In this document: positions 23,501 to 37,410 of the stretch, one piece after another | How positions within the stretch are numbered: position 1 is the first letter of the stretch | How the letters are laid out: each line of letters begins with the position of its first letter | Assembly: GCA_047495785.1 (NCBI GenBank) | Contig: JBLDXI010000024.1 | Location: forward strand, 4,526,001 to 4,590,000 | Direction of reading: 5' to 3' | From: Lepidodermella squamata | Lineage: Eukaryota; Animalia; Gastrotricha | Length of the DNA: 64,000 bases | Notes under the pieces: model-generated | The model's database searches: none | Told to the model about the DNA's origin: nothing | The model's input: only the letters and a program-made list of their open reading frames with translations | Program-made: the position numbers and the translations under genes

Positions 23501-26500
23501 AGTAGCGATACCAGTGCTGCTAGCAGCTGTAACACAGTCTTTGTTACGCATTCGACGTTTTATCGCGATTTGGGTAGCTGCCATAGATACTTTGTCCTGT
23601 CCCAGCGTATACCAGTTTACGCCAACAAAGCTACGCGGATCTCCGAAAAAACCATTAAGGTCAGCGCTAGTCTTGCTGCAATCGGAAGACAGCCACCACG
23701 GGCCTCGATTATTCGTTACGATACAACTTTGACTTTGACCCTTATCGTAAGTCGAAAACGGCTGGTAATTAGATGCCCACATCGATTCTCCCGCCAATTC
23801 TTTTGGATCAGTTTTCGAGTCAAACCCCTCAACTGCGATTGCATAGCCGTCTTGCTCACTCGAAAGGTAAAAATCGCTGTAGTAAGCATAGTAGGTCTGA
23901 TTATCGGCAGGATTTACAAGTGATATCAACATTGAATACGCCTGTGATTTGGCCAGCTGGTAGACAGTCTCCAGGCCAAGCCAGAAGTCACCTTTCATCC
24001 CATCTGGGCCTGAAAATCCGTTTCTGTATTCATTGTAGCTTCTGTTGAACAGAACGTCGAAGTTCGATCTCCGCTGAATCACAATCCAACCCATGGCTGT
24101 CGATTTACCCGGCGAAGTGTAGTACGTCGTCATATCGCAGTAGACCCGGGTCGGCTTCATACCGTATGGGTAGATGTAGTAGATTCCATCATCAGCCACG
24201 CCCTGGCCTATCATATCCACGCAATCAATTGGCTTGGGCCCTCGCCTACGGATCATCATTGTGGCTGATTTTAGGCTTTCATACCGACCTTTCCACGGGG
24301 CCCAGTAGACACCGCCTTCCCAGGTGTTAACGTCATAGATACCATTCAGGTTGCTCTCGCAACATTTTGCATTGTCCCAAGCTCCATTATGCCACCACCA
24401 GCCCGTTGTTTTAGAGGCTGAACAGCTCGAAGCTGCTTGATCCTTCGTTCTAAATGGCTGCCAATTGTGAGGACTCAACCCATCGCCAGCCACTTCGATT
24501 GAAGTGTTCTCCGAATTGTAGCCATACACAATGAGTTCGTAACTGGTATTGCTGTGCAGCCAAAACGCGTCATATCTCGCAGTTCGCTTCTCGCCATTAT
24601 AGTCTTCTAAGACAACTGCCAATTCGTAAGGAATATGGGTGTATTCAATGTTGGTCATTGCCCAAATCCATTTGTTCCCCAAATAGTAAGCCCCGTTAGG
24701 CGAGCCAAATCCGCGAACGTATGTTGTGAAGTTCTGCTCGAAACTCACACTCGGGTCGTTGTAGCGACGTTGTATGACAGTCCAACCGCCTTCAAGCGCA
24801 TTCATCTCGCAGTAAGCTGTGAAACTATCCCCTGTAACTGTGTAGAGAGTGTACGCTGAACTTGCAGCAGTTGGGTTGGCTTCTCTTATATCCAAACAGT
24901 CGCTGGGATACGGAAACTGTGGTCGAAGTTCTGAAATGATAATTCTGAAATATTTGCTATGACTAAAGTAAGAATCTTACGTTGCATCAAGTAAGGTATG
25001 GGGGATCGTCTAATCATCATCTTTGTCGATTTCATGCTCTCCCAGAAACCGCGCCAAGTTGCCCACGTGATCATTGAACCCTCAGTTTTCGCGGAGGCCC
25101 TTCCGTTCAGGTTAGCCGAGGCGCAGTCTTTCGCTTCACTAGCCGGCTTGTACCACCAGCCTCCAAAAGCTCCTTTTGCACAGCCGAAGGAGGTCGAGGT
25201 TCCTGTATCATTGTCGTAAGTGTAGAATCGCTGATTGTTAGCTTTGGGCAAGAAAGAATCGGAAGGGTTTCCAGTGCAGTCGAAATTGGAAACTCGAAGC
25301 GTGAAGCCTCCAGATTCGGGTTCAATGTAAAAATCTTTGTAATAAGCGATTTGCTCCACGTTATCAACCGAGGTTAGAACGATGATCATATCGTAGCGGT
25401 TCATCGAAGTAGTAATGGTATTGATGTAGTTGTTTCCCAACCAATGACTGCTCCCTAGTTCACCGAATCCGGCTCGATAATCGGCCCAGTTTTGATAGAA
25501 TTCTTTTTGCCCGTCTATGCGCTGCTGGAAAACCGTCCAGCCCCCGCCGTAGCTATTCATATCACAGAATACAGAAATTGGAGCTTTGGCGCCTGGAGGG
25601 TAGATGTTGTAGGTTCCATCAGTTAGTGAGGGTTGGCGAAGAGCATGGTCCTCGCAATCCACTTGAAGCATCGACCATTGATCTGAGGTTCAGAACAAAT
25701 TTCATACCTGGACTGGTCAGAGTTACCGAACTTACCGCAATGTGGCCATGGGTTTTCTTGATAACCAACTCCGAAAGACGTCGTATAACCGACAGGGCAC
25801 AAGCATTGGCAGCCTTTCTCGTAGGTACAGCAAGTCGAGCATGGGGCATGTGGTGGGCAGCCAAAAACCTTGAAAAAAGATTCTGCCTGCTGGCCAATGA
25901 AAGAAACCGGCACGATTCTCAACGACTTTGTCCTTATGTTTGGGCAAAAGTTCGTTGTAGCGTAAAAGCTCAAACTGCGAGCTCCGGGAAAGATCTTCAC
26001 ACCGGACAACGGATTGGCTTGTTGGTTCAAGATCGGGTAGTAAAGCCGGTCGTTTGTCTTTTCAACCAGGAACCAAAGTGAATAAGACGTGATGAAGCGA
26101 TTGTTGTTCGATTGCGACCTTCCCTTGACCGATAGAGCTGAAATCGACGTCGACCTACCGAAATTGATCTGGAAAAATTGCCGCCCGTCGTTTAGAGTAT
26201 TCGGCGTATAAAAGATCGCAGCTTTCTCGCTGTTATCATAGTCGGCTTTATCAGTAGCCGTATTCGAAACTCCGATTGATCCGCCCCATTTTGTCAAAGC
26301 TTCAACGATCAGCTCATTGTTGCAAACTTTTTCAGCACACAAAATAGAAAGATTCTTGAATGCTTCTCGTGAATTTACCTGGCGGTTGAGCGTCAATATA
26401 GTAGTTCTTCCCAGGCGCAAGCGTAGCGCACGATGTACCTGTCCATCTTTGGAAAAATAGGTTAATTTCGAATTATTGGAGTAATTCCATGGATCCAAAG

Positions 26501-29500
26501 TTACCCCACTGGGCAGTTGCATGAGCAAATGCCAATCGAATCACAGCAATCGAAACCTTCACAAAAATTGAATTTCAGCCTTGCCTTAGTCTTAACTCAG
26601 TCTTACATCTTTTTCCTTTGGCTGAACAGCCGAAAATGTCGACGACCATCGTTATTTTGGTATTGTAGTCCACTGGTATGATTTTCATCGCTTTTAGCTT
26701 CATAGGAGGACAGAACGTCTGAAGCGAAGGCGCAGTAGCATTCATCGGGCCGATGAAAAGCCTCGGAGACTGGTCGATTGCGGTATAGTAGTTGAAGGTA
26801 TACTCGTAGCCTGTATGCGACCACTGGACGTAGTAGGTTTTAATCCACTCGTCCTTGTTCGTGGGATCATTGCTGCCCGCCATTACAAGACCCGTGACAA
26901 CCTTCAGAATTGCAAATTCGATTTTCCAGAAGGATCGACCATCTTCGCTGAATCTTGGTGACCAGCCAATAGTTATGGTGTCTTTATTGTCCTGTTTTAA
27001 GCCATTGGCATCCGCTGGTGATCCACTATCGGCAGAAGTCACGTGGGCAATATATGGGAAATAGCTAGCTCCATCGAACAACTCATGCCAACAGTCACAC
27101 AGAGAAGTAACTAGAATACTGAGCCTGAAATCAAGTAAACAGGAAGCAATTCTAGGTTACATTTAGCCGTGCTAGCGCATCCCTTAACATCCGCGCGAAG
27201 AAAAGGCTTCACAGCATAGGATAGAATCCATATTGTCAACTCAGCAGCTTGAAGCCTTGGGCATATCTCTTGAGAATTTCGCGCTGTTTCAGCCCCGTTT
27301 CCTGCGAAAATGATCGGGGCAAGTTTCGTCCAAAAAGCCGTTGATTTGTGGACATGGATCTGCAGCTCTTTCGAACTAGGAAGGGCGCGATAGCTGACGA
27401 TGTAGTTCAGTATGCGCCCAGAACCCTGAAGTCCCTCAGTTCCGATAGATCGGACGAAGATTGGGCCGTTTGAGAACTTGAACCTAACCCAGGCAGGATC
27501 AGCAGGGGTATTGGCGATCGATGGATCAGGGCACCATGCCAGGTTTGTCTGGGCCAGGTTGGACGGAGGGTATGAAACGGTGCCATCGGTGTATACAGAA
27601 CTGGCCTCATACCCACTGGCTGCAACATAAGAGCTTGAAATTACGCTTTCAGCACAAGCGGATGAATAAGTGCCAGCTGGAAAAATTCAAAATGTTGAGC
27701 GATGCGTCTTTTAATGCATTTTTAACAAACTTTTGCTGCATTTGATGGTGGGCGGCAGGGCTGCTTTCTCGCATAGGGCTATATCGCTATTCTGCATATC
27801 GATATCATTCATACCAATGCCGCAGTTCCACCAGAAATTGCCAACGATTTCATAGCTCCCGGCATAATCAGGTTGACCTTGTAGCCAATTGATATAGCCT
27901 GTATCGTTCATTCGAGTACCGTCGTCCATTTCCCAAAATTCGGGCTTCTGCGGAAAATCGTATATCTTCAAAAGTGACATTCCAACGTAGACTGGATCGC
28001 GCCAGTGCGTCAAGTATCTAGCGAATTTCGCCTCCATGGGATAGTTTGTCGCTACCAGGTACGAGTTAATGAATTCACATTGCTGCCGAGCACTGCGAAA
28101 CTTATGCCCACTGACAGTCCCAATTTTTTTGTAACACCTTCCGTTGAAAAAGTTCTGAATTATAGAAACATTTTACTGAAGTTCTTATTGAAAACATGCG
28201 TAAATACCCATCCAATGTCACACTCCAAGCAGGGCAAGGGCCGCTCGCAGATGAAAAACCCATTGATTGTGTTAGTGTCGACAGTAGTCCTGACTCTAAC
28301 TGAAGTACTGTTCCAGTAAAGATAGGCCCACTTATGGGTATTTTGAGGAAATCCGTCCGCCCAAAATGTAGAATCATTCGCTGCGCCAAACACTCCATTT
28401 GGGAAGGGCGCGTTGTTATCAAGATCCCAGTCTGATTCGCGAAAATAACATTTTCATTATAGATAACAAGAAGAATATTCCTACTTTCATCCGGATCGCC
28501 GACTTGAGAGATATCAGAAGAATCAGGCGTGCGACTCAATCGAAGACTGTTGTCTAAGCCAATCCAGATTGCAGAACCCGTCATAACACTGCTGCTCGAG
28601 CTGATAAATGCAACGAGCTGAGCGAACACTTTGGCATCGGTTATCGATACCAAGTTGAAAGTGTTGAAGGCGTCGTAACAATAACCTCGAGCGTCAAAGG
28701 GGTTAGATTTTGTGACGGAACTAATCAAAAAGATCTGTAGGATGCATATCAAAAACGCGAAAAAGATTTTACGTGACAAGTTTGTAGCAGCTTGAACCGA
28801 CAGATGTGAAGCCTTCTGGGCAAAGATCGGAGCAAGTTGCGGCTGAAGGCACCGTGCAGACAGGAATAGACTCGTCTTGACAATTACGGGTGTAGATGTA
28901 CATATTATTGTTGATTCGCGTGCAAGGCTGGTACCAATTGTTACCCCACGGCAGAGATGCGAGCCTGTTGTTGGGATAGCTTTCCCATGTAGATGGCTCA
29001 CCTTCCCATTTGTATGCCGCTGAGCCATAGAACAACAGTAATATAATTTACTCAATCCTCAATCGCTTACTTTTGTTTCTGAGGACTAAATCAATCCAGA
29101 AGCCCTCCTTTTGCAACTCGTTAATTGCTCGAGTCATTAGCTCGCTTTCGTAGCGTTGCATCAGCGTCAAAGGGCGAAGTCCGGCGGCCTGGCATTTGCT
29201 TACCATCTTAGGCCTATCACCTGTGTCGCTGAATAGCCAGACGCATTTGTTGGGCGCGACTCGATAGCCGGCGTTGAGTTTTGTAAGGCCAGAATCATCA
29301 GCTGGCGATTGGCACTCTGAAGAGTAGGAATGTGTTAACAAGTATTATACAGTGTGTCATTCGCTGCATACGCTTATTTTAGCGTAGCGAATTTTTCATG
29401 GTTACATATGATTTTGGGAGAGGCTTTAGTCGCTAAGTTTATGTGGTTTAGAGGATTTTGACGTAGCTATCAAAATGAGATAAGAGATAAAATTGATATT

Positions 29501-32500
29501 TCATGAAAGAACCTAGTGCGCGTTTATACATCGTAATAATATCTTTTCCCTCCCTCCAAAGTCGCAATTACGGAACATATATGAGATTGAGCAATGGAAA
29601 ATTGGTGAATATGAGCTTGAAAACATCATTTTCGCCTCTCGCATATGTTCGAAAATGCCACAAATGTGAAATGCACGTAGATCAGCGGTTCCCAAACTTT
29701 TTGACTCGTAGTAGTGTCCTATGAGAATGGCTCGTAGAACACCTTGCTAAATTGAATGAAATTTGGTTGGGAATGGATACAATTTTTTGAGCTACACATT
29801 GATTAGTCTTAACATTGATTTTGGATGGCAACTTATAGCTCGAAAGAGAAGAAATCTCAGGTGAAACTAAGCGCGCGAGCGAAGCTAGGAAATTTTGATA
29901 CTGAAAAACCACGTATAACTTCTTAAAAATGAGAAAATGGCTCGGGGTTTTTCCATTCATATTCCATTCCTTTTTTTTGAGCCACGTCAAAATCCTTTTA
30001 ATCACATAAACACAGCGACATCCAAAACCATGTTCAACAGTGGAAAAATGTATTATTGCATTGTATGTACATTGTATGTATATTGCAAACAATTTAGGAA
30101 ACACTGTACAAGTTATAAGCTTCTTACCCAGGCAAGACGTAGGCGTATTTGCATACTCGCAGATGAAACGAAATTTCGTAGAGGTGTCGAATGACGTGAT
30201 ATTTCCAGCAGGTCCACTTGTTACTGTTCTTGAGCTGTTGCAAAACGGAACTAGCAATTGATCGGCTTTGGAGAGAAGAGCGGCGTAACAGTCTGGCGTA
30301 GTAGGCCAAGTTGCGTCTCCGATAATCGATTCTGCGGAAAACATTAAAGAAGTTCGTTGTTCATTGTAGTTCGGCAATTAACTCACTGCTGAGCGCTTGG
30401 GTAGCATTGCTGAGCGAGTTTGGCCAAGACCAAATGCCGTAGGAATCTGAAATGCGGTCCATCAAATCGGCTGATTTTTTTGCTTACTTAAGGTCTTACT
30501 TAAAGATAATGAAGTCCAGTAATAAGGATCGACAGCTTTTTCATGGTTGACCAAGGCTTGCAGCTTATTTGACGTATCTGGGACAGCCAGATAGGCCCCT
30601 CTGCTGTAGCATTTCCAACTTGCATCAGCCCATGTTGCCCTAAAAAAGGATTATAAAATAAAGCGACTGCATAATGCCTTGACTTACGTTTGAGTGGAAA
30701 AGAAAACACAAGTGTCAGTTTTAGTCGAAGGGTCTGAATACCGCACAAAAGGACATTTACAGCATCCATCCTAAGAATTTTCCTTTTATCAGAGTACTGA
30801 TTCGTACGGAAAACTCACATCGACACATTCAGGAGGCGCTTGAGTTGTTACGGTAAGTGTCGCGCCGTTACCGTACCAACCATATTTCTGGCACAGAACC
30901 CTAGCAGTGAAGCCGGAGGACTTAGAAATCCACATACTCGATGTTTGATCCAGTGCGCCCGAATATAGCTCGTCGGCAGCGGGTCTGAAGGTGTAAGCAT
31001 ACATTGTTGAATCCAAGCTATCATATGGGTTTATATCCAAGGCGTCACTTGCGATGAAGTTGCTGGAACTCATCCACTTCCACACCGAATTGTCTGCGTA
31101 CAACCCAACGAAATACGGGTTGCCAGTGGACAATATATTGTTGTGATTGGCAGCAACGCGTAGCCACATCAGAGCACTCTCAGTGTTAGCTACAAACAGA
31201 TCTTTCCACCAATCATGGTGGCACCAATCTCGGCCGTTGCCTAGACTCGTTTCGCCCCAGCCTGGATTCTGGTAGCACATTTGACCCCACTTGTACCACC
31301 CGGCATCAGTTGGGCAGAACCAGCAGGCTGAAGAGACCTCGCAGATGTATCGAGCTGATTTGTTGAACATGTTATCACCGACTGGCAGGTACCATTGAGA
31401 GCGAGACTTGCTGTAAGATAAGTGGGCAATGTAGTTATTTGAACCATCGCTATACACTGTCGGGCGGGTTTGCCAGATGAGGTAACTCCATGGCGAGGGA
31501 GAGGGTGAAAATTGATTCGTGGAGATGTCGGTATTCACTATAGGACCAGTGCCATCCGACCAGTACCATCTACCATCGGGATCGCCACTATAACCATTGT
31601 ATCCGAAATTGGAATTTGGTTTCCTTCGAGATCGGCGGGCCCAGTCTTGCAAGCCAATGAAGTAGAATCTGTCAGTGTTCAATTTCTCGACACCTCCATT
31701 CATAATGAACTTGAATTCATCCAATGAGTTGAAATTCACAAAGGAAGCCCCGTTAGCAAGCTTGAATATAACAAACTTGGGATACACTAACGTAAAATGA
31801 GTTTACAACTTACGCAAGTTTTCAAGGCAATCATATAGGTTGTTGAATGGCTGTAACAGACAAGTTTTCTTAATTTAGATTTCAACATTAAAAGAAGTCT
31901 TACGGGGCCACCCAGTAACAAGCATCATAGCACTCGGAATATACATAGCCAGGCGGGCAAGTAGCTATATAAATAGAAGTCAAAGCGTGGGATCAAGCAG
32001 TTTTACGGACTTACGGGTGGTTGGGCACTTTGAGAATGAGCAGGTCTGTTGGTAACCATAAATTCCCGACATCTGACAAACCGCCTTGGCTGTATCCGTA
32101 CTTGAAGCCGCTGTCCATTGCGAGGCTGGTTGGTCACTAATTCCTGAGAAGCTATTCGATTTGCTTATAGAAGTGATCATATAGGCGTATGGAGCTGGTC
32201 CCGAAGATGAAGCCAAGTCGAAGGAATCTGAACCTGATACACCAGTCCCATCCGACCATTCGTAACCCCCTCCGCTAGCTGTTTCGAGCCCTATCCAGAT
32301 CTTAGTTCCGCTGGACATCAAACCAGCTTGAGCGGTTACCATTCGAACGTAGAGCGTGGTCATTTCAGTTTTTGGGTACCACAAATCAGCGTTAGCCTCT
32401 AGGTTGGTGCAAATAGCTTTCTTAGAGTCATAAGTGTCTTCGTCATCATCTGTCAGCCCCATGAAGCAATAAGTGCCGAATTTGAACCAACCAGTCGGAC

Positions 32501-35500
32501 AAATGGTACAAGCCGAATTGTACTCGCAAACGTACGAAGCTTGGTAGTTAAAATTGTTATCGCTCCCAACAGGAAGGTACCACAATGAATTTCTCGTATC
32601 CCATCGCAGGAATGTGATGTAAGGAGCACTGTTTTTGTCACCTGAAATCGTTGGCTGCTTCTCCCAAACCAAAAAGTCGTAGGGCTCGGAGCCGGAGACG
32701 AAAGATCCAGCGATTGAATCATAGGGAATCGGCGCCTCGGGAATGGTATCATCCTGCCATTTCCAAATTCCATCGGCATCGCCCTTGTAGCCGTTGATTC
32801 CGATTGCCAGATCGCCAGTGGACCTGCGGACCCAGTCCCCAAGGCCGATGAACCAATCTTTCTTCTTATCCAACAACGTCGTGACAAATCTGAACTCACT
32901 GCTCGTATTCAGGTTCACTAGAGTCGAGCCAGCTTTCACCTGGTCCAAAGAAATCGATACAACTGGATTAATATAAAATGTCTTTCAACTAACACAATCG
33001 GCAAGTGCATCCAGATAGCTTGCTGCATTGCTGCTCAAACGATAACTTGACGATCTTAGTTGGCTAGACAATTAGAATCTTACCTAACAACTTTGTAGCA
33101 CGAGTCAAAGCACGCCGAGTAGGTATAACCATCAGGACAAGTTGCTGTTGAGCAATTCAATAGATTCAATAGAAGAGATGTTAACTTCATGAAACTTACG
33201 AGTGATCGGGCACTTTTTGTAACATGCGTACTGAGTAGCGGCGGCGGACGCCACGACATCTCCCTCGCAAGCGATTTTCTGTGGTATTCAATTTGTTCAG
33301 AAATCCCGATGACTCATCAAAACTCACATTCCCACTATTGGAACACGGAGAGTCGTGCCAGCCGTCGAACATCATAGCAGCGCACTGGCTACCGGACTGA
33401 TCGTTAGGCTCTAGCCCACCTGCAAGCCTCCAGTTCACATGTAGTGGACTAGCCAGGACCTTACCAGCCGTATCCCAATAATAGTCGGCTAAAATAAAAG
33501 CTTAACAAGTAGTGAATAATGAGGCAAAGAAAAGCTTACAGTCCAAGTGGTTGTACCCAATCCAAGCTTGGTAACTCCAAATTCGCCACAAACTGTCGAA
33601 GCCGCTATAGTCAGAATTATACTTAGCATCGAGCCCCCACGCCCAATAGAAAGGTTCAAACTGCTGCCGTATGGTTGCCAGAAAGCCATCCTTGGCCTGG
33701 CAAATCTGCTCGGCCTTAAGTCGGTTTACATAATCATTCCCCCAGTTCCCGCCGGTCGAAACACCCGTCGAGTAGCATCTGTCAAAAATTCTCATGTTTT
33801 CGATCTTATTCCGGCTTGTGCCAGGTTTGCAAACAGGCATGTTCGAACACGGGTTCCGAATCATACAAACCATGGGCTGGAAACCCCACCAGTAGTCGAA
33901 GGTCCGCAGCAAAGGACGCTTTTTATGCTGAGAAAGAAAATTTTAGACAGGCTATTATCAGTGATCTTACTCACCGGAAGCATGCAGATGAACTCAATGT
34001 CGTAACGAGGCTCGCCACTGAACCATAGGGAGCTATCGATTTCAACTGGGGGATATGTGTGCCAGTACCATTTATTCTGCGAATGGTCCCGATATCCGCC
34101 AACCAATAGACAAATGTCATTCCATGTGTCTAGGTTCTTGTCTACAGGCTTCAAGTCCAACTGAATATTCAGCTCCGTCGCTAGCCACTTGATGAGGTTA
34201 GCCATTTTAGCCTGAGGGTCCCCTGACTCGAACGTGGCCAACGTAGCGCCGGCGTGAGTACAGGAAGCATAGGCGTTAAACGGCCGGGTTGTGTAATCAC
34301 CGAAATTCCACGACGAAGGCGTGTTGACTACGAAGTAGCAGTTGTTATCCTGCAGAAAGGTTCCACAAGGGCAACAGTTTTCTACAGTTTGGGCTGCGAA
34401 AGATAGAAATTCAGTAAAATAATCCTATCTCTATCTACAATTTCAAAATACGGGCTGAAGTGAATCCGGACGGATAAGCACTTGGGTCAAGGCTGAATTT
34501 TTTGTATACACTGTCGGCCGTCCAAGTTTTCGAATTCTGACTTGTGAAAGTTTGATGACCCGCGTAAGAGGTTGTATCGGCTGAAAAAAAGAATGGAATT
34601 ACTATCACTAGCAGGATCTTGATACTTACGAATAGTGCAGTCGTTGCCAGTCCAGCCAGTTGGGCAGTGGCATCTACAGAATTTTTATATTAAGAACGGA
34701 ATTCAAGCCTTCGATTTGAAGCTTACTGATTTCCTCCGCCCCATAAACACCAACCACCTTGAGAAATATTGTTAGCGATGTATCTAAGGAAATTCTTCAG
34801 GATTGATTACCATTAGAGCATGCTGGATGGCAAACAGCTGAAAGTAAGATAATAGTTGAGGGTTGCAAAAATGTTGGCAGATATCCACTAGCCTATTTCG
34901 CAACGAACGCCTCGCCAGTTGTACGAATTGCAGGTGCATTGGCTGCAAATTTGAAGCTCAGTTTCGCAGCTAGTAAATTTAGAGGAAAATCTTACTTGGG
35001 ACCGCTACAGTTGCCGCCATTTTGGCACCAATCATCTTGGCAGTACCCTGTTACAAAAATGCTGAAATTGTTACTTCGAACTCGTTCAGGTTCACTGACA
35101 TTGATCACAGGCGACGCCTTTCCAGAGAGTGTCGCACGTGCAGTTGTTGAGAGCTATGCAGGTTCCGTGGCTATTGCACTCGTTCGAAGATGGACACGAG
35201 GGCTGCGTACAGCTGGCACCCTTCCAACCGTATGCACACTGGCAAACCTCGGGTGTGACGCAAGTCCCCCCATTCGCGCAGCCAGCCGAGCATATTGCTG
35301 TAATATTCAAGATTTTACGAGATAATTTCGCAAAATTATCGAAAATTACGCGTTTGGCACTGAGCACCCTTCCATCCAGTCGGGCATTTGCATTTGTTCG
35401 GCGAGGTACAGTTGCCACCATTTTGGCACGATGGATTGCAAACAGCTGTTACGTTTCCAAAATAAGTCATGCTTGAGGATAGGAGGAAATATATCTAACG

Positions 35501-37135
35501 AATTGTGCAGAGTGTGCCGTTCCACTTTGCCGTATCGCATGTACACACGTTCGGTAAACTACAGACGCCGCCATTCTGGCAGCTCGGGTCGCAAACAGCT
35601 GGAAATTAGGATTATTCAATTCCCGATTAAATTCTGCAATGATATTACTTACCTGAGTCGCACAAAGTCCCGTTGTATCCCGATTGGCACGTACATCTAT
35701 CCGGCGCAGTACAGTTCCCTTTAACGCAAGCAGGGCTACAGATCGCTGTAAATGGAGTTTTTTCTGAGAAGATACTTCAGTTTTGATAGGGAAAGCTTAC
35801 GAGTATCACATGTTGGGCCGGTATAGCTGCTCGAGCACTTGCAAGTATTTGCCGAAATGCACGTCCCGCCATTGTTGCATGTCGAGGCACAAAGAGCTAA
35901 TAGCCAGTCGCCAATACAATTAACAGCGAGCAATAATTGTTCCACTGAACTTACGAGCTGGTGTTGTGGGTATTACTGTAAATAAAACAGAGCTAGGCTT
36001 AGATGAAACTACGTCATTTCAATCCCATCTTACGCGACTCGCAGTAACGGCCAGTGTATCCAGATGTGCATCTGCAAATCGTTTTACCCTGACACGTTCC
36101 GCCATTTCGACACGGGGCGTAACCATCCCCTTGCGGTGTGTTATCATCGCAAATATAACCAGCGGTTGCAGAAAGTTCTGTTCAGTCGGACAAAAAACGG
36201 TGTGCGAGAATTTAATACGTAATTCATGCAACTCTTAGCACGCTTAAAACCCCAGCCAGTGCAACAGAAATCAACCAATTAGCAGCAGGATAAAATTACA
36301 CCACATGACTTATTTCTGTCACTTGCGAGTTCACTATATCAGGAAGACATAGGTTAGGGGTAGTTTTTTACGCATTTACGGAACTTAATCCGAAAATGAA
36401 AGCCAGCAGGGACGGGTTTCATTTTTTACCCGCTTTTTCCCGGTTGCACCCGGTTTACTCGGTACCGACGCCCCTGAATTTCAAATATAAACCCTGGTCA
36501 GATTCCGGGCCCCCGATACCTTCTATTGAGGTGCCTTTTTCGCTAATGCCTAAAACAAGGTCGTGTATGGAAATATGTGTGCTGAAAATATTAAATTTCG
36601 TGTTACACTTTGATTTAAAGTTGATAGTGCGATGGAACGGCATCGCATAAAAATGCTTTTCAAGATAACTCCTAACGATCATTTTCTCCGCTTGGATCCG
36701 ATCATTATAAAGGTTTTCTCACAATTTAGGTAAATCGCCCGCAGTATAATTATTCTACACTTCGGAACACTAAGAAATCCTCGTAAAAAAAATAAGTTGA
36801 GCATTGAATCAAGCCCACGAGCCCCTATGAATTTATGCTCACGCTCGCAGTGCTTGCCACTAGTCGTGATTGGACATAGGCAGTATTGGTAGTGGACACA
36901 AGTGCCGCCATTTTCGCAGTTGTTATTTGAATCGCTTTGATCGCACACCGGAGGTGGTGGAGCACCCATGCCCATGCCCATGCCCATGCCCATTCCCATG
37001 CCCATTCCCATACCCATACCTTGACCTGATTCCGGACGATAATGCAATAAGCAGATATGTTAAAAGACAATGCCAACCGGTGACATGAGTGATTTCGGCA
37101 AACAAGAGTATTGACAGCAATACGCCAATCTTCAT
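20540..37135 (-). CDS. Giant, apparently secreted multidomain lectin (multi-exon): SP-(GM)9-EGFx~11-CTLx~10-F5/8Cx3-FReDx4-degenerate CCP-FReD-PAN-CCPx4; no TM detected
   Basis: Leader [20 protein letters not shown] (37135-37078), then phase-1 EGF exons; CTL exons 34390-27760 (WIGL/FIGL, EPN, QPD, FICE motifs); discoidin exons ~27620-25860; FReD ORFs 25671-24886, 24895-22622, 22448-; CCP repeats to ~20760. Tentative terminal exon SMQL* at 20553-20540 with AATAAA ~100 nt downstream. Both the 5' start and the 3' end are uncertain. Confidence 0.82.
21940..25671 (-). CDS. Gene C: five FReD domains
   Basis: ORFs 24886-25671, 22622-24895 and 20847-22448 contain repeated DC...YC.M..GGW(T/I)VIQRR...WLG...WW motifs. 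Confidence 0.92.
27760..34390 (-). CDS. Gene C: array of ~10 C-type lectin domains
   Basis: Repeated C-P-x-G-(W/F)...CY, (W/F)IGL, W.W.DG and (F/Y)(I/V)CE motifs; EPN near 33410 and QPD near 27870. Confidence 0.85.
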
Positions 37136-37238
37136 GAAGCTTCTATTATACTTGGATTTAACGCTATCAAACGGCCACTAGAAGTACTTTTGTGAATTAG
37201 AGCAAAAGGACGGCAGAATTAATATGTCAAATGCAGAT

Positions 37239-37410
37239 GAATTCCAATCGGTCAACTGGACACGTTTTATACTCATAGGTTGACAAAAGAGCTATTGTTT
37301 GGCAATATTTACTTTATTCACTAAGGTACGGGTATTATGGCCGACCATCGGCGTTTCCAAGTCGAGTAGAAGTCGACCTGGAGCGCGCCAAAAAACTTGC
37401 ATAATTAATT
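37239..37410 (-). promoter_or_regulatory. Putative promoter of 5' cassette C (TATA, forkhead-like and homeobox-like motifs)
   Basis: On the - strand: AATTAATTATGC, GTAAATATTGCCAAACAA, GAGTATAAAA and TTGACCGATTGGAATTC, in the same order as at 44629-44800. Confidence 0.6.

Noticed and set aside
29683-29702. hAT/Charlie-like terminus cagcggttcccaaacttttt in a gene C intron
   Set aside because: No matching second end or TSD found.
36825-37135. ORFs with GHGNGH, WAWAW or CPCPCP repeats
   Set aside because: Alternative frames of the GGNATG hexamer; only the Gly-Met frame joins the leader and the EGF by canonical splicing.
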